Source: a virus (taxonomy: Duplodnaviria; Caudoviricetes). Taken from it: a stretch of DNA of 44,398 nucleotides. A program made the translations under genes and the position numbers. The stretch lies in the IMG/VR virus record IMGVR_UViG_3300015050_000672, positions 1 through 44,398 of that record; one strand, given 5' to 3'. Below, piece by piece: positions 15,155 to 25,309 of the stretch. The stretch's first letter is position 1. The number at the start of each line of letters is the position of its first letter. The notes beneath the pieces are model-generated. The model ran no database searches. It had not been told where the DNA came from and saw only the letters and a program-made list of their open reading frames with translations.

Positions 15155-15631
15155 GTGATCGGTGTCCTAGACAATCTAGAACAGAACCTAACCCTCGCAA
15201 CGATTGACGAGAACTGGAAGCACAGATTGGGCCGGCAAACCGAACTTAGGTACAGGTTCAACGCGCCGGACCTCACTGTCAGGCAATTGGGCCATTTCCA
15301 GATCATCAACATTGACGGCCAAGAGATAACGATCGGTTCCATGGCAACAGACGAACAGATCGCGGCAGAGATAGCCAAGATTCGGCAGATCACAGAGAAA
15401 CCCATGAGCATCACAGGCTTACAGTCCGGCACGTTCAAGACGCTTCTGGAAGACATGAGGAAGCAAGTCGCGGAAGCCCAGAACCAGGGCGCGGCTAAGG
15501 TCGTCGCAGCCAAGGACAACGCGGTCGCTCAGGTATCCGCGGCAGTTGAAGGGGTGGTCGCCAAGGTAGACCGCGAGGTATCCGAGGCGCTCCAGGACTT
15601 TAGCGAGTTTACCAACGGCGGACCCGCATGA
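15155..15631 (+). CDS. Hypothetical protein (start uncertain)
   Basis: Long ORF with helical C-terminal half; coupled to the next gene. Confidence 0.5.
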   Translation: MIGVLDNLEQNLTLATIDENWKHRLGRQTELRYRFNAPDLTVRQLGHFQIINIDGQEITIGSMATDEQIAAEIAKIRQITEKPMSITGLQSGTFKTLLEDMRKQVAEAQNQGAAKVVAAKDNAVAQVSAAVEGVVAKVDREVSEALQDFSEFTNGGPA

Positions 15632-15816
15632 CCACGAAATATCATGCAGACGACGCACCGGCCATCAAGCGTCGTATGGAAGAGATCCAGGCTGAACGGA
15701 TGCGGGCCATCATGGGTAAGCCCATCGAAGAAACCAAAGAGGTGCCGACCGCTGGAGGCTGGGCCATGTACGGAACTGGTAGCGGAAATCTAGGCCATGA
15801 CTACGACCCCGCTTAA
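15628..15816 (+). CDS. Hypothetical protein
   Basis: ATGA-coupled; AADD-type start (HADDAPAIKRRMEEI). Confidence 0.5.
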   Translation: MTTKYHADDAPAIKRRMEEIQAERMRAIMGKPIEETKEVPTAGGWAMYGTGSGNLGHDYDPA

Positions 15817-15997
15817 GTCGCTTGCCCATCCCAACTGGCCGTATGCTGGTACTGCGCACGAATGGCGCGGGTTTGTGAAGGACGAGAAGCCTTCCTCGGT
15901 TCAATACGATGATGTCCAGATGGACATGCAGCGATCTCGAACCGGCGTCTACCAAAAGCAGAACTTCGGGCCGGAACTCAAATAGTTAACAATACAA

Positions 15998-16279
15998 ATG
16001 GCAAACCCAAGAGGACAACAGCGTGACAAGCCATTCCGGGACGCGCTCAGGATGGAATTGGCAGCGCTTGGGGAAGACCATAAGGCGCTAAGGGCTATAG
16101 CGCGGTCTCTGATCGCGGCGGCCTCAGAAGGCAAGATGGACGCCATTAAAGAGATTGGCGATCGGATGGACGGAAAACCCGCACAGGCCGTAATCGGCGG
16201 TGATGAGGATGATCCGGCGATTAATCTACTGCACCGAATCGAGCGCGTGATTGTCAACGCTCCAAATCCCGACCGCTGA
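15998..16279 (+). CDS. terS: Terminase small subunit (putative)
   Basis: NPRG...AIKEIGDRMDGKPAQ; overlaps the start of terL. Confidence 0.75.
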   Translation: MANPRGQQRDKPFRDALRMELAALGEDHKALRAIARSLIAAASEGKMDAIKEIGDRMDGKPAQAVIGGDEDDPAINLLHRIERVIVNAPNPDR

Positions 16280-17543
16280 GGTATTCCAGCCGCTTCTTGA
16301 GCCGGCGAGAAACAAGGCGGCACATGGAGGCCGAGGCTCCGGAAAGTCCCATTTCTTCGCTGACCTCCTCATTGAGGATAGCTTGTTCGAGCGCGGACTG
16401 CGCTCTGTTTGTATTCGTGAAGTCCAAAAGTCGCTCAAGGACTCGGCCAAGCGATTGCTTGAAGACAAGCTGCAAGAGCACCGCTTAGGCGAAGCTGATG
16501 GCTTCAAAGTGTTCCGGGAGGTGATCGAGACGCCGGGCGATGGTGTCATCACGTTTCAGGGTATGCAGGATCACACAGCGGAGTCCATCAAGAGCCTTGA
16601 GGGCTTTGGGCGGGCTTGGGTTGAGGAAGCGCAGACGTTATCAGCGCGCTCCCTATCGCTTTTGAGGCCCACTATACGAGCCGACGGTTCGCAGCTCTGG
16701 TTCTCATGGAACCCAAGGCGGAAAAACGATCCGGTTGACATGATGTTCCGGGGGGCGTCCCCGCCATCAAGCGCTGTGATTGTACGTGCCAACTGGTCGG
16801 ATAACCCTTGGTTCCCGGCTGTGCTTGAGCAAGAGCGGCTGGACTGCCTGAAGGGACAGCCTGACCAGTACGATCACATCTGGGAAGGCGGGTATGCGAC
16901 CGTGACTGAGGGCGCGTATTACGCTCAGTGCTTAGCTGATGCCAAGGCCAAGGGCCGGATTGGGAATGTAGCGGCTGACCCGCTGATGACCTATCGGGCC
17001 ATAATCGACATCGGCGGGACTGGCGCCAAGGCAGACGCGGTAGCGATCTGGATAGCCCAGTTTGTCGGGCGCGAGATCAGAGTGCTGAACTACTACGAGG
17101 CTGTTGGGCAGCCACTCGCAACGCACGTTAATTGGCTCCGAGAGAACGGCTACGGCAAGGCGCTGATAGTCCTGCCGCATGACGGATCGACTAACGACAA
17201 GGTTTACGACGTTTCCTACGAGAGCGCGTTCCGGGCGGCTGGCTTTGAGGTCGTTGTGATCCCGAACCAGGGCAAGGGCGCGGCATCCATGCGGGTTGAG
17301 TCGGCCAGGCGGCTGTTCCCCTCCATTTGGTTTAACGCAAACACAACGCAAGGCGGGATTGACGCATTGGGCTGGTATCACGAGCGCAAGGACGAGGCGC
17401 GCAACATTGGGCTTGGCCCCGAGCATGACTGGTCTAGCCACGGCGCGGATGCGTTCGGCCTGATGTGTGTTGCCTATGAGGCCCCGAGTGAGCCAGCGCA
17501 ACGTCGTGCCCTTGCCCGTCGCGGCTCCTGGATGGGCGCCTAA
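16251..17543 (+). CDS. terL: Terminase large subunit (PBSX/pac type)
   Basis: Walker A HGGRGSGKS, Walker B AWVEEA, SWNP, nuclease DIG...SHGADAF. Confidence 0.95.
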   Translation: MSTLQIPTAEVFQPLLEPARNKAAHGGRGSGKSHFFADLLIEDSLFERGLRSVCIREVQKSLKDSAKRLLEDKLQEHRLGEADGFKVFREVIETPGDGVITFQGMQDHTAESIKSLEGFGRAWVEEAQTLSARSLSLLRPTIRADGSQLWFSWNPRRKNDPVDMMFRGASPPSSAVIVRANWSDNPWFPAVLEQERLDCLKGQPDQYDHIWEGGYATVTEGAYYAQCLADAKAKGRIGNVAADPLMTYRAIIDIGGTGAKADAVAIWIAQFVGREIRVLNYYEAVGQPLATHVNWLRENGYGKALIVLPHDGSTNDKVYDVSYESAFRAAGFEVVVIPNQGKGAASMRVESARRLFPSIWFNANTTQGGIDALGWYHERKDEARNIGLGPEHDWSSHGADAFGLMCVAYEAPSEPAQRRALARRGSWMGA

Positions 17544-19786
17544 TGGCCTACGAGACCTCTGAAAAGCCCAAGCCCCGCAAGGAAAACAAGGCGGACGCCG
17601 ATATTCTAAAGCAGGCCCTGGAAGACTATGACGTCGCCTATCAATACCAGCGCGGCAACATGGATGAGGCTTACGAGGATCTTCGCTTTCGGCGTGGTCG
17701 GAAGGAAGACCAGTGGGACCAGGAGGCGATCACCGCGAGGGGCGACCGTCCGTGTCTCGTCATCAACACACTACCGCAGTTCATCCGGCAGGTTACGGGC
17801 GACATGCGGCAGATGCGGCCATCGATCAAGGTAAACCCCGTCGATAGCCGAGGCGACCCCAAGACCGCGGAAGTGCTAGCTGGGCTCGCCCGATACATCG
17901 AAAACCGATCTTTTGCCAAGCACATCTACACTACGGCCGGCGATAGCCAGGTGGCGGCGGGTATAGGTCATTGGCAGGTTACGACCGAATACGCAGGGAC
18001 CTCGACGTTCAACCAGGAAATCCGCATCCTTGGCATTGAGGACGGCGTATCCGTTCTGTGGGACCCGGACAGTGTGCTGCCGACCCGCGAAGACGCGATG
18101 TATTGCCATGTTCCGTATGACATTTCGCTGCGGAAGTTCAAGAAGCAATACCCAGATGCTCCGGTTGAGGGCTTTGGCTGCGAGATGCAGCACGCCACCG
18201 ACGGCTGGTACACTGGCGACAGTGTGCGGGTTACGGTCTACTGGGTCAAGAAGCCGATCAAGCGTTCGCTGGTGTTGGCCCCCGACGGTTCGATTGACGA
18301 TATCACCGCTCAGACTGAGGGATTCGGCAAGGAAGAGTTGGCTGGAGCAACTGAGTTCTACGCGGCCAAGGGTTTTAGGTTTGAGCAGCGCGACAGCTTC
18401 AAGGTCTGCCGCTATTTGATGACCGCGGGGACCATTCTGGAAGGTCCGACGGACTGGCCCGGGATGCACATCCCGATTGTTCCTGTGCTGGGCGAGGAAG
18501 TCCGCATCGGCCGGGAGGTGTATCGGCATGGCGTGGTGCGGTATGCCCGCGACCCGCAGAAGATGGTGAATTACTACGCTAGCGCCGACGCTGAGGTGGT
18601 GGCCTTGCAGCCCAAGGCGCCGTGGCTGGCTACGTTAAAGCAGGTCCAGAACCATATGGACCTGTGGGAGACGGCCAACACACATAACCATTCGGTTTTG
18701 ATCTACGATGCAGATGCGCAGGCCGCCGGTCCGCCGGCACGCATATCCCCTCCAATAGCCTCGCAGGCCATTCAGCTCGGTCGACAGCAGGCATTGGAGG
18801 ACACCAAGCGGGTTATCGGCATTTACGATGCCGGGCTAGGCCAGAAGTCCAACGAAACGTCGGGCGTGGCGATTAACGCCCGCGATCGGCAGTCGGACAC
18901 AGGAACGTTCGTCTATATCGATAACTTCAACATGGCGATTCAGCGAACCGGGCAAATCTTGCTCGACCTGATCCCGCACATCTACGACACGGAACGGCGC
19001 ATTCGCATCATTGGGGCCGACGGCTCCGAAAACCTCGTTGACATCAATAAGCCAATGATTGCTGGCGGCCAGGAAACGGTGCAGCACGACGTTACTGTGG
19101 GCGCCTATGACGTGACGCTAGATGTTGGGCCGAGCTTCTCGACACGGCGGGTTGAGGCTCAAGAGGGCATGAAGGCGTTTCTACAAGCATTCCCGGAGGC
19201 GGCGCCGGTCATTGGCGATCTGTACGCCAAGGGCCAGGATTGGCAGTACGCATCTGAAATCAGCGAGCGCTTGCAGGCGGTGTTGCCGCCTCAGATCAAG
19301 CAAATGATCGAAAAGGACAAGCTGGCTGAGAACCCCGAAGCCGAATCGAGCCCGGAACAGCAGCAACAGCAGGCGGCAGAGCAGAAGGCCCAGCAAGCCC
19401 AGCAGATGATTGAAGCTGCGGGCATGAAGAAACTGGAGAGCGAGACCAAGGAGGCGATAGCCAAGGCCGAGATTGCTGCGGAGAGCGCCCGCAAGGCCAA
19501 GGCCGACGCCGACAAGGCCGAGTTTGACGCGCAGGCGGCCCGAGAGAATATCGGCAAGGTCAAGGCCCAGGTTGCAAACGAGCACATGGAGAACCTTCGC
19601 ACCATTCAGGCGCACGACGCCGACATGGAGCGCGGGGAAGAGCAGCACAAGATATCAACCGCGGGTGAAGTAACCCGGATGGCGCGTGAACAGGAGAGCC
19701 ATGAGCGCTCATCCAGCCAATCCGACGAAAAGCACCAAGCCACCATTGAGAAAATGCAACAGAAACCCACTAAGGAGCCTGCCTGA
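17543..19786 (+). CDS. Portal protein, P22-like
   Basis: RPCLVIN...G.G.W.V...IPIVPV...ARDPQKMVNY...SNETSGVAI..R, with a long helical C-terminal barrel. Confidence 0.92.
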   Translation: MAYETSEKPKPRKENKADADILKQALEDYDVAYQYQRGNMDEAYEDLRFRRGRKEDQWDQEAITARGDRPCLVINTLPQFIRQVTGDMRQMRPSIKVNPVDSRGDPKTAEVLAGLARYIENRSFAKHIYTTAGDSQVAAGIGHWQVTTEYAGTSTFNQEIRILGIEDGVSVLWDPDSVLPTREDAMYCHVPYDISLRKFKKQYPDAPVEGFGCEMQHATDGWYTGDSVRVTVYWVKKPIKRSLVLAPDGSIDDITAQTEGFGKEELAGATEFYAAKGFRFEQRDSFKVCRYLMTAGTILEGPTDWPGMHIPIVPVLGEEVRIGREVYRHGVVRYARDPQKMVNYYASADAEVVALQPKAPWLATLKQVQNHMDLWETANTHNHSVLIYDADAQAAGPPARISPPIASQAIQLGRQQALEDTKRVIGIYDAGLGQKSNETSGVAINARDRQSDTGTFVYIDNFNMAIQRTGQILLDLIPHIYDTERRIRIIGADGSENLVDINKPMIAGGQETVQHDVTVGAYDVTLDVGPSFSTRRVEAQEGMKAFLQAFPEAAPVIGDLYAKGQDWQYASEISERLQAVLPPQIKQMIEKDKLAENPEAESSPEQQQQQAAEQKAQQAQQMIEAAGMKKLESETKEAIAKAEIAAESARKAKADADKAEFDAQAARENIGKVKAQVANEHMENLRTIQAHDADMERGEEQHKISTAGEVTRMAREQESHERSSSQSDEKHQATIEKMQQKPTKEPA

Positions 19787-20082
19787 TGGCAAGCCTTTAC
19801 ATCACTGAATATTCCGGCACCGCCAGCCAGCAAACGCAGATTGCGATGACGCCTGCTGTAGCCCATCAAAAGCTGACGATCGGCTCTGAAACGGATTCGG
19901 CCGCGTTCAATGTGAACACCCGGTTCATCCGGGTTCATGCGGACGCAATTTGCTCAATCCTGATCGAGAATGTGGAGACGGCGGCGACTGCCACGACATC
20001 GATGACGCGCATGGCGGCCGATCAGACCGAATATTTTGGCGTTGTCCCCGGCGGCAAGCTGTCGGTGATTACCAACACCTAA
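19786..20082 (+). CDS. Conserved head-associated hypothetical protein
   Basis: LYITEY...TRFIRVHADAICSI...TEYFGV; coupled to the portal gene. Confidence 0.7.
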   Translation: MASLYITEYSGTASQQTQIAMTPAVAHQKLTIGSETDSAAFNVNTRFIRVHADAICSILIENVETAATATTSMTRMAADQTEYFGVVPGGKLSVITNT

Positions 20083-20108
20083 TTCCGGCCCTTTGAGGCT
20101 GGTTGCCC

Positions 20109-20129
20109 ACCCGCTTCGGCGGGTTTTTT
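20109..20129 (+). terminator. Intrinsic terminator
   Basis: ACCCGC-TTCG-GCGGGT followed by a T run. Confidence 0.8.
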
Positions 20130-20141
20130 CATGAGAAAACC

Positions 20142-20975
20142 ATGACTGACGAGACCCAGGGGACGGCTTCACCGCCGGCCGAAGGTACGACGCCTGCTCC
20201 GGTTGCTGAAACAGTAGTCGAGCAGCAAGTTACAGAAACCACGACACCCGAAGCCGAGCCGGCCGCACAGGCCAGCGAGCCAGAAGGTGAAGCTACCGAG
20301 CGGAAACGTCTCTCGGGTGCCCAAAAGGCCAAACGCCGAGAAACCTATCTGCTCAACCAGTTGGCGGAACGGGAACGAGAGCTTCAGGAAGTCCGGTCAA
20401 TCCGGAAGACTGAAGATCAGCCCGACGCCGACAAGCCTCCGAAGGAAGAGGACTTTAACGGCGACTGGACGGCCTACGTGGCCGCTAAGGCAGCTTACGA
20501 AGCCGGTAACGCGGTTGAGCGCAAGCTGAGTGCCCGCGAAGCCAGAGCCAATGAGGCGAAGCGATCCGAGGCCGAACGAGAGCGCGACATGGCGCATCTC
20601 GATCGTGTCGAGGAAGCCCGCGAGCTTATCACCGACTACGACAAGGTGATGGCTGGCATGAAGGGTGTCAGCATCTCGACCGACCTGATCCGAGAGATCA
20701 AGTCTAGCGATAATGGCGCGCTGATTGCCTACGAGCTTGCACGTAATCCTGACCGCTTGCAGGCGATGAATCACATGACCCCGATGGAGCTGGCCCGCGA
20801 GATGGGCCGGCTTGAGGCGTCTGTGAAGAAACCTGCCGGAAAGAAGCAAACCGGAGCCCCGCCGCCCCCCACCCATCTCAAGGGTGGTGCGGCGCCTGCG
20901 ATCAACCCCGCCACAGCCGACATGGAAACCTATGTCGCTTGGCGGAAAACGCAGGGGTTCCAAGCCAAACCCTGA
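20142..20975 (+). CDS. Scaffolding protein
   Basis: Acidic low-complexity N-terminus, coiled coil, REMGRLEA...APPP; lies between portal and coat. Confidence 0.8.
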   Translation: MTDETQGTASPPAEGTTPAPVAETVVEQQVTETTTPEAEPAAQASEPEGEATERKRLSGAQKAKRRETYLLNQLAERERELQEVRSIRKTEDQPDADKPPKEEDFNGDWTAYVAAKAAYEAGNAVERKLSAREARANEAKRSEAERERDMAHLDRVEEARELITDYDKVMAGMKGVSISTDLIREIKSSDNGALIAYELARNPDRLQAMNHMTPMELAREMGRLEASVKKPAGKKQTGAPPPPTHLKGGAAPAINPATADMETYVAWRKTQGFQAKP

Positions 20976-20980
20976 TTGCC

Positions 20981-21023
20981 CGCAGTGATGCGCGCGGTCC
21001 CCGAGCGGCACGCAGTGATGCGC
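20981..21023 (+). promoter_or_regulatory. Twin GNRA hairpins in the coat-gene leader
   Basis: cgcagtgatgcgc at 20981 and 21011; each folds as CGCA-GTGA-TGCG. Confidence 0.5.
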
Positions 21024-21042
21024 CCCGCCAGAAGGAAATGAA

Positions 21043-22299
21043 ATGAGCAACACCACACTGACTGCGGACATCATTGCCAAAGAAGCAGTGATGATCCTCG
21101 AAAACGACTGCATCATGGGCAGCCTCGTCCATCGCGGTTACGAAGACGAGTTCTCCAAGAGCGTCAACGGCTACACGGTAGGCGAGACCATCTCGATCCG
21201 CCGTCCGAACGACTTCACTGTGCGTACCGGCTCGGTTGCCGCTATCCAGGATGTCGTCGAGGGCAAAACCACGATGACCGTGGATACCCAGATCGGCGTT
21301 GACTTCAAGTTCACGTCTCAGGACTTGACCTTGCAGATCAAGGAACTCTCCGAGCGCGTCATCAAGCCGGCGATGATCCAGCTTGCCAACAAGATCGACG
21401 GCGATCTGCTGGGCCTCTACAAGAAGATCCCGAACCACGTTACCATCCCCTCGGGTGGCATCGACTCGTTCGCTGACTTCGCGCTGGCCGCAGAGCGGAT
21501 GGACCTGATCGGCGTTCCCCAGGACGAAGGCCGCGCTGCGGTTCTGACCGCTTCCGATACCTGGAAGCTGCTTGGCTCGCAGACTGCGCTCTATATGCAG
21601 GACGTGGCGAAGTCGGCCTATCGTACCCGCAAGCTGGGCATGATCGGAGGCATCGACACCTATTCGTCGCTGAATTGCAAGACCCACACCACGGGTACTC
21701 GCGTCGGCGCCGATGCGATCTCGGCCTCGTTCACGGGTGACACCTGGGCGTCTACCAAGGACACCAACACCAGCACCATCAGCATCGGTTCCATGTCCGG
21801 CGCGACTGTCACGCTGGCGGCGGGTGACACCCTGACCATCGCGGACGTTTATGACGTCAACCCGGTCACCAAGGAGCGCCTTGCGCATCTGAAGATGTTC
21901 GTGGTGCAGAACGCCGAAACCGCCTCGGGCTCGGCGATTGCCGCGGTCGAAGTGACCCCGGCGATCATCGTCTCGGGCGCTCAGCAGACCGTTGCGCTGG
22001 CCGCTGGTGTCACCGACATAAACACCAAGGTCGTGACCTACCAGGGCGCCACCGGCACGCTGTACCCGCAGAACCTGTACTTCCACAAGAACGCCTTCGC
22101 TCTTGTGACGGTCCCGATGGTCAAGCCTCCGGGTGCGACCGAAGTCGGCCGGCAGTCGTACAAGGGATATTCGGTTCGCGTGATCCCATACTATGACGGC
22201 ACGAACGATGTCAGCAATTGGCGTCTGGACATGCTGTACGGGATCAAGGCGATCGACCCCCGTCTGGCGGTTCGCGCCTCGCTCGCAGCCGACATCTAA
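21043..22299 (+). CDS. Major capsid protein, P22 coat-like
   Basis: MSNTTLT...GETISIRRP...IKPAMIQLANKID...NLYFHKNAF...RLDMLYG; strongly biased codons. Confidence 0.92.
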   Translation: MSNTTLTADIIAKEAVMILENDCIMGSLVHRGYEDEFSKSVNGYTVGETISIRRPNDFTVRTGSVAAIQDVVEGKTTMTVDTQIGVDFKFTSQDLTLQIKELSERVIKPAMIQLANKIDGDLLGLYKKIPNHVTIPSGGIDSFADFALAAERMDLIGVPQDEGRAAVLTASDTWKLLGSQTALYMQDVAKSAYRTRKLGMIGGIDTYSSLNCKTHTTGTRVGADAISASFTGDTWASTKDTNTSTISIGSMSGATVTLAAGDTLTIADVYDVNPVTKERLAHLKMFVVQNAETASGSAIAAVEVTPAIIVSGAQQTVALAAGVTDINTKVVTYQGATGTLYPQNLYFHKNAFALVTVPMVKPPGATEVGRQSYKGYSVRVIPYYDGTNDVSNWRLDMLYGIKAIDPRLAVRASLAADI

Positions 22300-22314
22300 C
22301 CATAGGAGATATCA

Positions 22315-22527
22315 ATGGCTCTCAAGGAACTCTCTGATCTCAGCCCGGACGGCACTCGCCTGGGTCAGTCCGCGGCCGATCTCATCAGCTTTCATGGCAA
22401 GGCTGTATGTGACCAGGCGGCGGCGATCACCTGCGCTACCAACGCCACGGCGGCGACTGTGCGGACTGCGGTTCGTAACGTCATCACTGCGCTGGTGGAA
22501 AAGGGCCTCGTTGCCTCTGGTCCGTAG
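22315..22527 (+). CDS. Small head decoration-like protein
   Basis: DGTRLGQSAADLISFHG...ALVEKGLV; AGGAG SD; directly after the coat gene. Confidence 0.65.
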   Translation: MALKELSDLSPDGTRLGQSAADLISFHGKAVCDQAAAITCATNATAATVRTAVRNVITALVEKGLVASGP

Positions 22528-23234
22528 TGCGGATTGAATTTACGTCAAACGGCTGCGTTCCTGCGGCCGATCTTGAACGTAACGAAGACTATGCGCGGCG
22601 GCTTGGGTTCCCGAAATGGAGCCCGGCCGCCTCGCAGCGCCTTGCTGTGGTTGGTGGCGGGCCTTCCATCGCTGACCACATCGAGGAACTGGCGGCGTGG
22701 GATGGCGATGTCTGGGCCATTAACGGGGCGTTTAAGTGGTGCTCACGTCAAGGTATTGACGCCGTATTCTTCACCATAGATCCGCTTCCGGCGACGGCGC
22801 AACATGCGGTCGGGGTGGGGCGGGCGATTATTGCCACACATTGCGATCCCTCGTTGTTTGATGCGTTGCATGGCGCTGACGTTGAGGCGTTCAAGCTAGG
22901 TCACGCCGGGGCTACGACCGCGACCGCTGCGCCGCTCATAGCGGCCGATATGGGCTACCGTTCGGTTTCGTTCTTTGGGTGCGAGTCCAGTTTTGGCAAC
23001 GAAACGCATGTTTACGGCAATAGAGACGTAAAAAGCCTGATGCGCGTTCGCTGCAACGACCACGAATTCCTAACCACACCCGATATGATGATGCAGGCCG
23101 AGTTCCTGGGTGAACTAATCCGGGAAGTCCCGATGTTTTCAGATCGTTCGGGCGGGCTTTTGTCTGCGTTCATCGCCAATCCAGAAATAGACGTGATCGC
23201 GGCAACCCCGCTCATCCACGAGGCCGTTGCATGA
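22527..23234 (+). CDS. MptE-like/Maf (DUF115) glycosyltransferase-fold protein
   Basis: LAVVGGGPSI...VWAINGA...MGYRSVSFFGCESSF...HVY. Confidence 0.65.
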   Translation: MRIEFTSNGCVPAADLERNEDYARRLGFPKWSPAASQRLAVVGGGPSIADHIEELAAWDGDVWAINGAFKWCSRQGIDAVFFTIDPLPATAQHAVGVGRAIIATHCDPSLFDALHGADVEAFKLGHAGATTATAAPLIAADMGYRSVSFFGCESSFGNETHVYGNRDVKSLMRVRCNDHEFLTTPDMMMQAEFLGELIREVPMFSDRSGGLLSAFIANPEIDVIAATPLIHEAVA

Positions 23235-23647
23235 CCACAAAGACACGTCTGGAACTCATTATCGAGGCGCTGGACCAGCTTAACATTATCGTCCCCGGTC
23301 AAGCCCCGTCTGCCACGATCATCAACAAGATGGACGAAGTTTTCGATCCTATTGTGGAAATGATTGAGGGGCTTGGGATCTACTATGTTGACGACCCCGG
23401 CGAGATCGGGCCGACAGGGGGCGCGATCGAATCCTCTGCATTTCTGGCCTTGGGCGCCTATCTCGCCAACGCTGGGGCCGCGAAGTTCAATCTTCCTTCA
23501 GATACCAAGCTGAAGGCCTTGGCGCTGGAAGCCGAGCAAACGCTGCGAACCCTGTCCCGCCCAGCGTCTACCCGAAAATTCCTCAAGACCGATGCCGGCA
23601 TTCCGACTGGTCGCAGCCGTTCATGGAATTGGACGCTCGGTTCGTGA
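23231..23647 (+). CDS. Head-tail adaptor (P22 gp4-like)
   Basis: TRLELIIEALDQL...GQ; size and position. Confidence 0.6.
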   Translation: MTTKTRLELIIEALDQLNIIVPGQAPSATIINKMDEVFDPIVEMIEGLGIYYVDDPGEIGPTGGAIESSAFLALGAYLANAGAAKFNLPSDTKLKALALEAEQTLRTLSRPASTRKFLKTDAGIPTGRSRSWNWTLGS

Positions 23648-25062
23648 AAAAGCCTATCCCTATCCCGGTCTCTACAGCTCCGGGGTCGAAGTACCAGGAA
23701 AGCGCCGGCAGGCTTATCAACTGCTATGCGGAGCCTCTTGGAGAGACCGCGGCGAACAAGTTCGTTATCCGCAGGGCTCCGGGGTTGGAAAACTTCGGTA
23801 CGACGACCGAAGATGGTTGTCGCGGCTTTCTAGAGGTTGCTGGCGTTCTGTACGTTGCTTTCGATAGCAAGCTGGAGAAGTTTTCCACGGCTGGTGGCGC
23901 GTCAACCAATGTTGGCACCCTAAACGGCACCAAGAAGGGCTTCTTTGCTCGCAACAACAACACGACGCCGGATAAGTGGTTCGTAGATCCCGACGGCAAT
24001 ATTGCCGTGTTTACCCCTTCGGCTGTTACCAACTCATGGCCCGATGGCGATCTTCCTTCGGTTAATTCCACCTGTTCGATTGACGGCTATGGTGTGTTTA
24101 CCACGGGCGACGGCAAGGCCTATGCGACCGATCTAAACTCGACATCGGTAAATTCGCTTTCGTTTGGAAAGGCCGAGTCCAAGTCTGACGGGCTGGTCCT
24201 GTGTGCTAGGTGGGGCGATAAGCTCCTGTTGTTCGGAAACCAGAGCACAGAGGTCTGGACGAACGCAGGAACGTCTCCTTTCCCATTCGCTCGCAACTAC
24301 GTCATACCGCGGGGTATTGCAGGGCCTTACTGCTTGACCGGGCACGAAGACGGTTTCTCCAAGGTCCCGGTTTGGGTTGGGGACGACAACAAGGTGCATC
24401 GGCTCGCGGGTGCCGACACTGAGACTATTTCGTCACCGGACCTTAACGCCTTGATTGAGGCAGTTGAGGACAAGACCGACCTTGAGATGTGTTCCTATAT
24501 CTCGCGCGGCCATCCCTTCATTCAACTGTCCAGCGCGACCTGGACATGGGTGTTTGATCTCGACACCCAGAAGTGGCACGAGCGCGATAGCTACCTGGCC
24601 ACGCGCAGCCGTATCACCCAGAGCTATTATGCCTTCGGCAAGTGGCTTTGCGGCGATACTGAGACCGGCAATGTGCAGCAGATCCTAAGCACGGCGAAGG
24701 ATGAGGTAGACAGTCCGCTGCGCTATCGGCTGGAAAGCGGCCCAGTGCAGGACTTCCCCTATGGGGTCGTCGTCGGGAGGGCCGACTTCTATTTCGTGAC
24801 TGGTGTGGGTCAAGCCTCCGGTAGCGATCCCGACCAAACGGACCCGACTGTTGAAATCTCATGGTCCGACGATGGTCTGGTGTGGTCGAACCCTGTGCAA
24901 CGCAAGCTCGGCCGGCAGAGCGAAACCATCGCTTTAATATCGCTCATCGCCGAAACAGGACGAGCGGCGTGGATGGGTCGACGCTGGCGAATAGATATCT
25001 CTGACGCTGTTTATGCGGGCTTTCTCTACGGAACGCAGTCTGACAGTTCGAGGGCCGCATGA
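23644..25062 (+). CDS. Tail hub / packaged-DNA stabilisation protein (P22 gp10-like)
   Basis: RLINCYAE...APGL...FGNQSTEVW...TWVFD...WHER...ISWSDDG; about 470 aa. Confidence 0.85.
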   Translation: MKKPIPIPVSTAPGSKYQESAGRLINCYAEPLGETAANKFVIRRAPGLENFGTTTEDGCRGFLEVAGVLYVAFDSKLEKFSTAGGASTNVGTLNGTKKGFFARNNNTTPDKWFVDPDGNIAVFTPSAVTNSWPDGDLPSVNSTCSIDGYGVFTTGDGKAYATDLNSTSVNSLSFGKAESKSDGLVLCARWGDKLLLFGNQSTEVWTNAGTSPFPFARNYVIPRGIAGPYCLTGHEDGFSKVPVWVGDDNKVHRLAGADTETISSPDLNALIEAVEDKTDLEMCSYISRGHPFIQLSSATWTWVFDLDTQKWHERDSYLATRSRITQSYYAFGKWLCGDTETGNVQQILSTAKDEVDSPLRYRLESGPVQDFPYGVVVGRADFYFVTGVGQASGSDPDQTDPTVEISWSDDGLVWSNPVQRKLGRQSETIALISLIAETGRAAWMGRRWRIDISDAVYAGFLYGTQSDSSRAA

Positions 25063-25250
25063 AAGAGCAGCTTCCGCCTCGGGATCTGGTGTGGTTCGAG
25101 CCTTCCACTGGCAGGCCGACTGACAAGTTTTTCGATTGGGCCAAGAGCATTGATGAGCGGGTTCTAAAGCAGCCGGTTTCGGTTGCAGACCCGGCTAACG
25201 GCGATGTTCTGACCTATAACTCAACTACCGGACTTTGGGAGCCTGCCTGA
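25059..25250 (+). CDS. Small tail-associated protein
   Basis: TGRPT..FFDW...NGDVLTYNSTTGLWEP. Confidence 0.6.
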   Translation: MKEQLPPRDLVWFEPSTGRPTDKFFDWAKSIDERVLKQPVSVADPANGDVLTYNSTTGLWEPA

Positions 25251-25297
25251 TGGGCAAGGCGATAAGTCTACCGCCGCTGGAACGGCTGAACGAATGA
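25250..25297 (+). pseudogene. Possible N-terminal remnant of an HNH-AP2 endonuclease
   Basis: MGKAISLPPLERLNE* resembles the starts of the intact copies (VTYERLRE, LTHERLLQ). Confidence 0.4.
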
Positions 25298-25309
25298 TAG
25301 GAGGCTACA

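Noticed and set aside
20902-22086. Long antisense ORF opposite the coat gene (and similar ones opposite portal, terL and the phosphoesterase)
   Set aside because: Expected from GC-rich codon bias; no motifs or SD.
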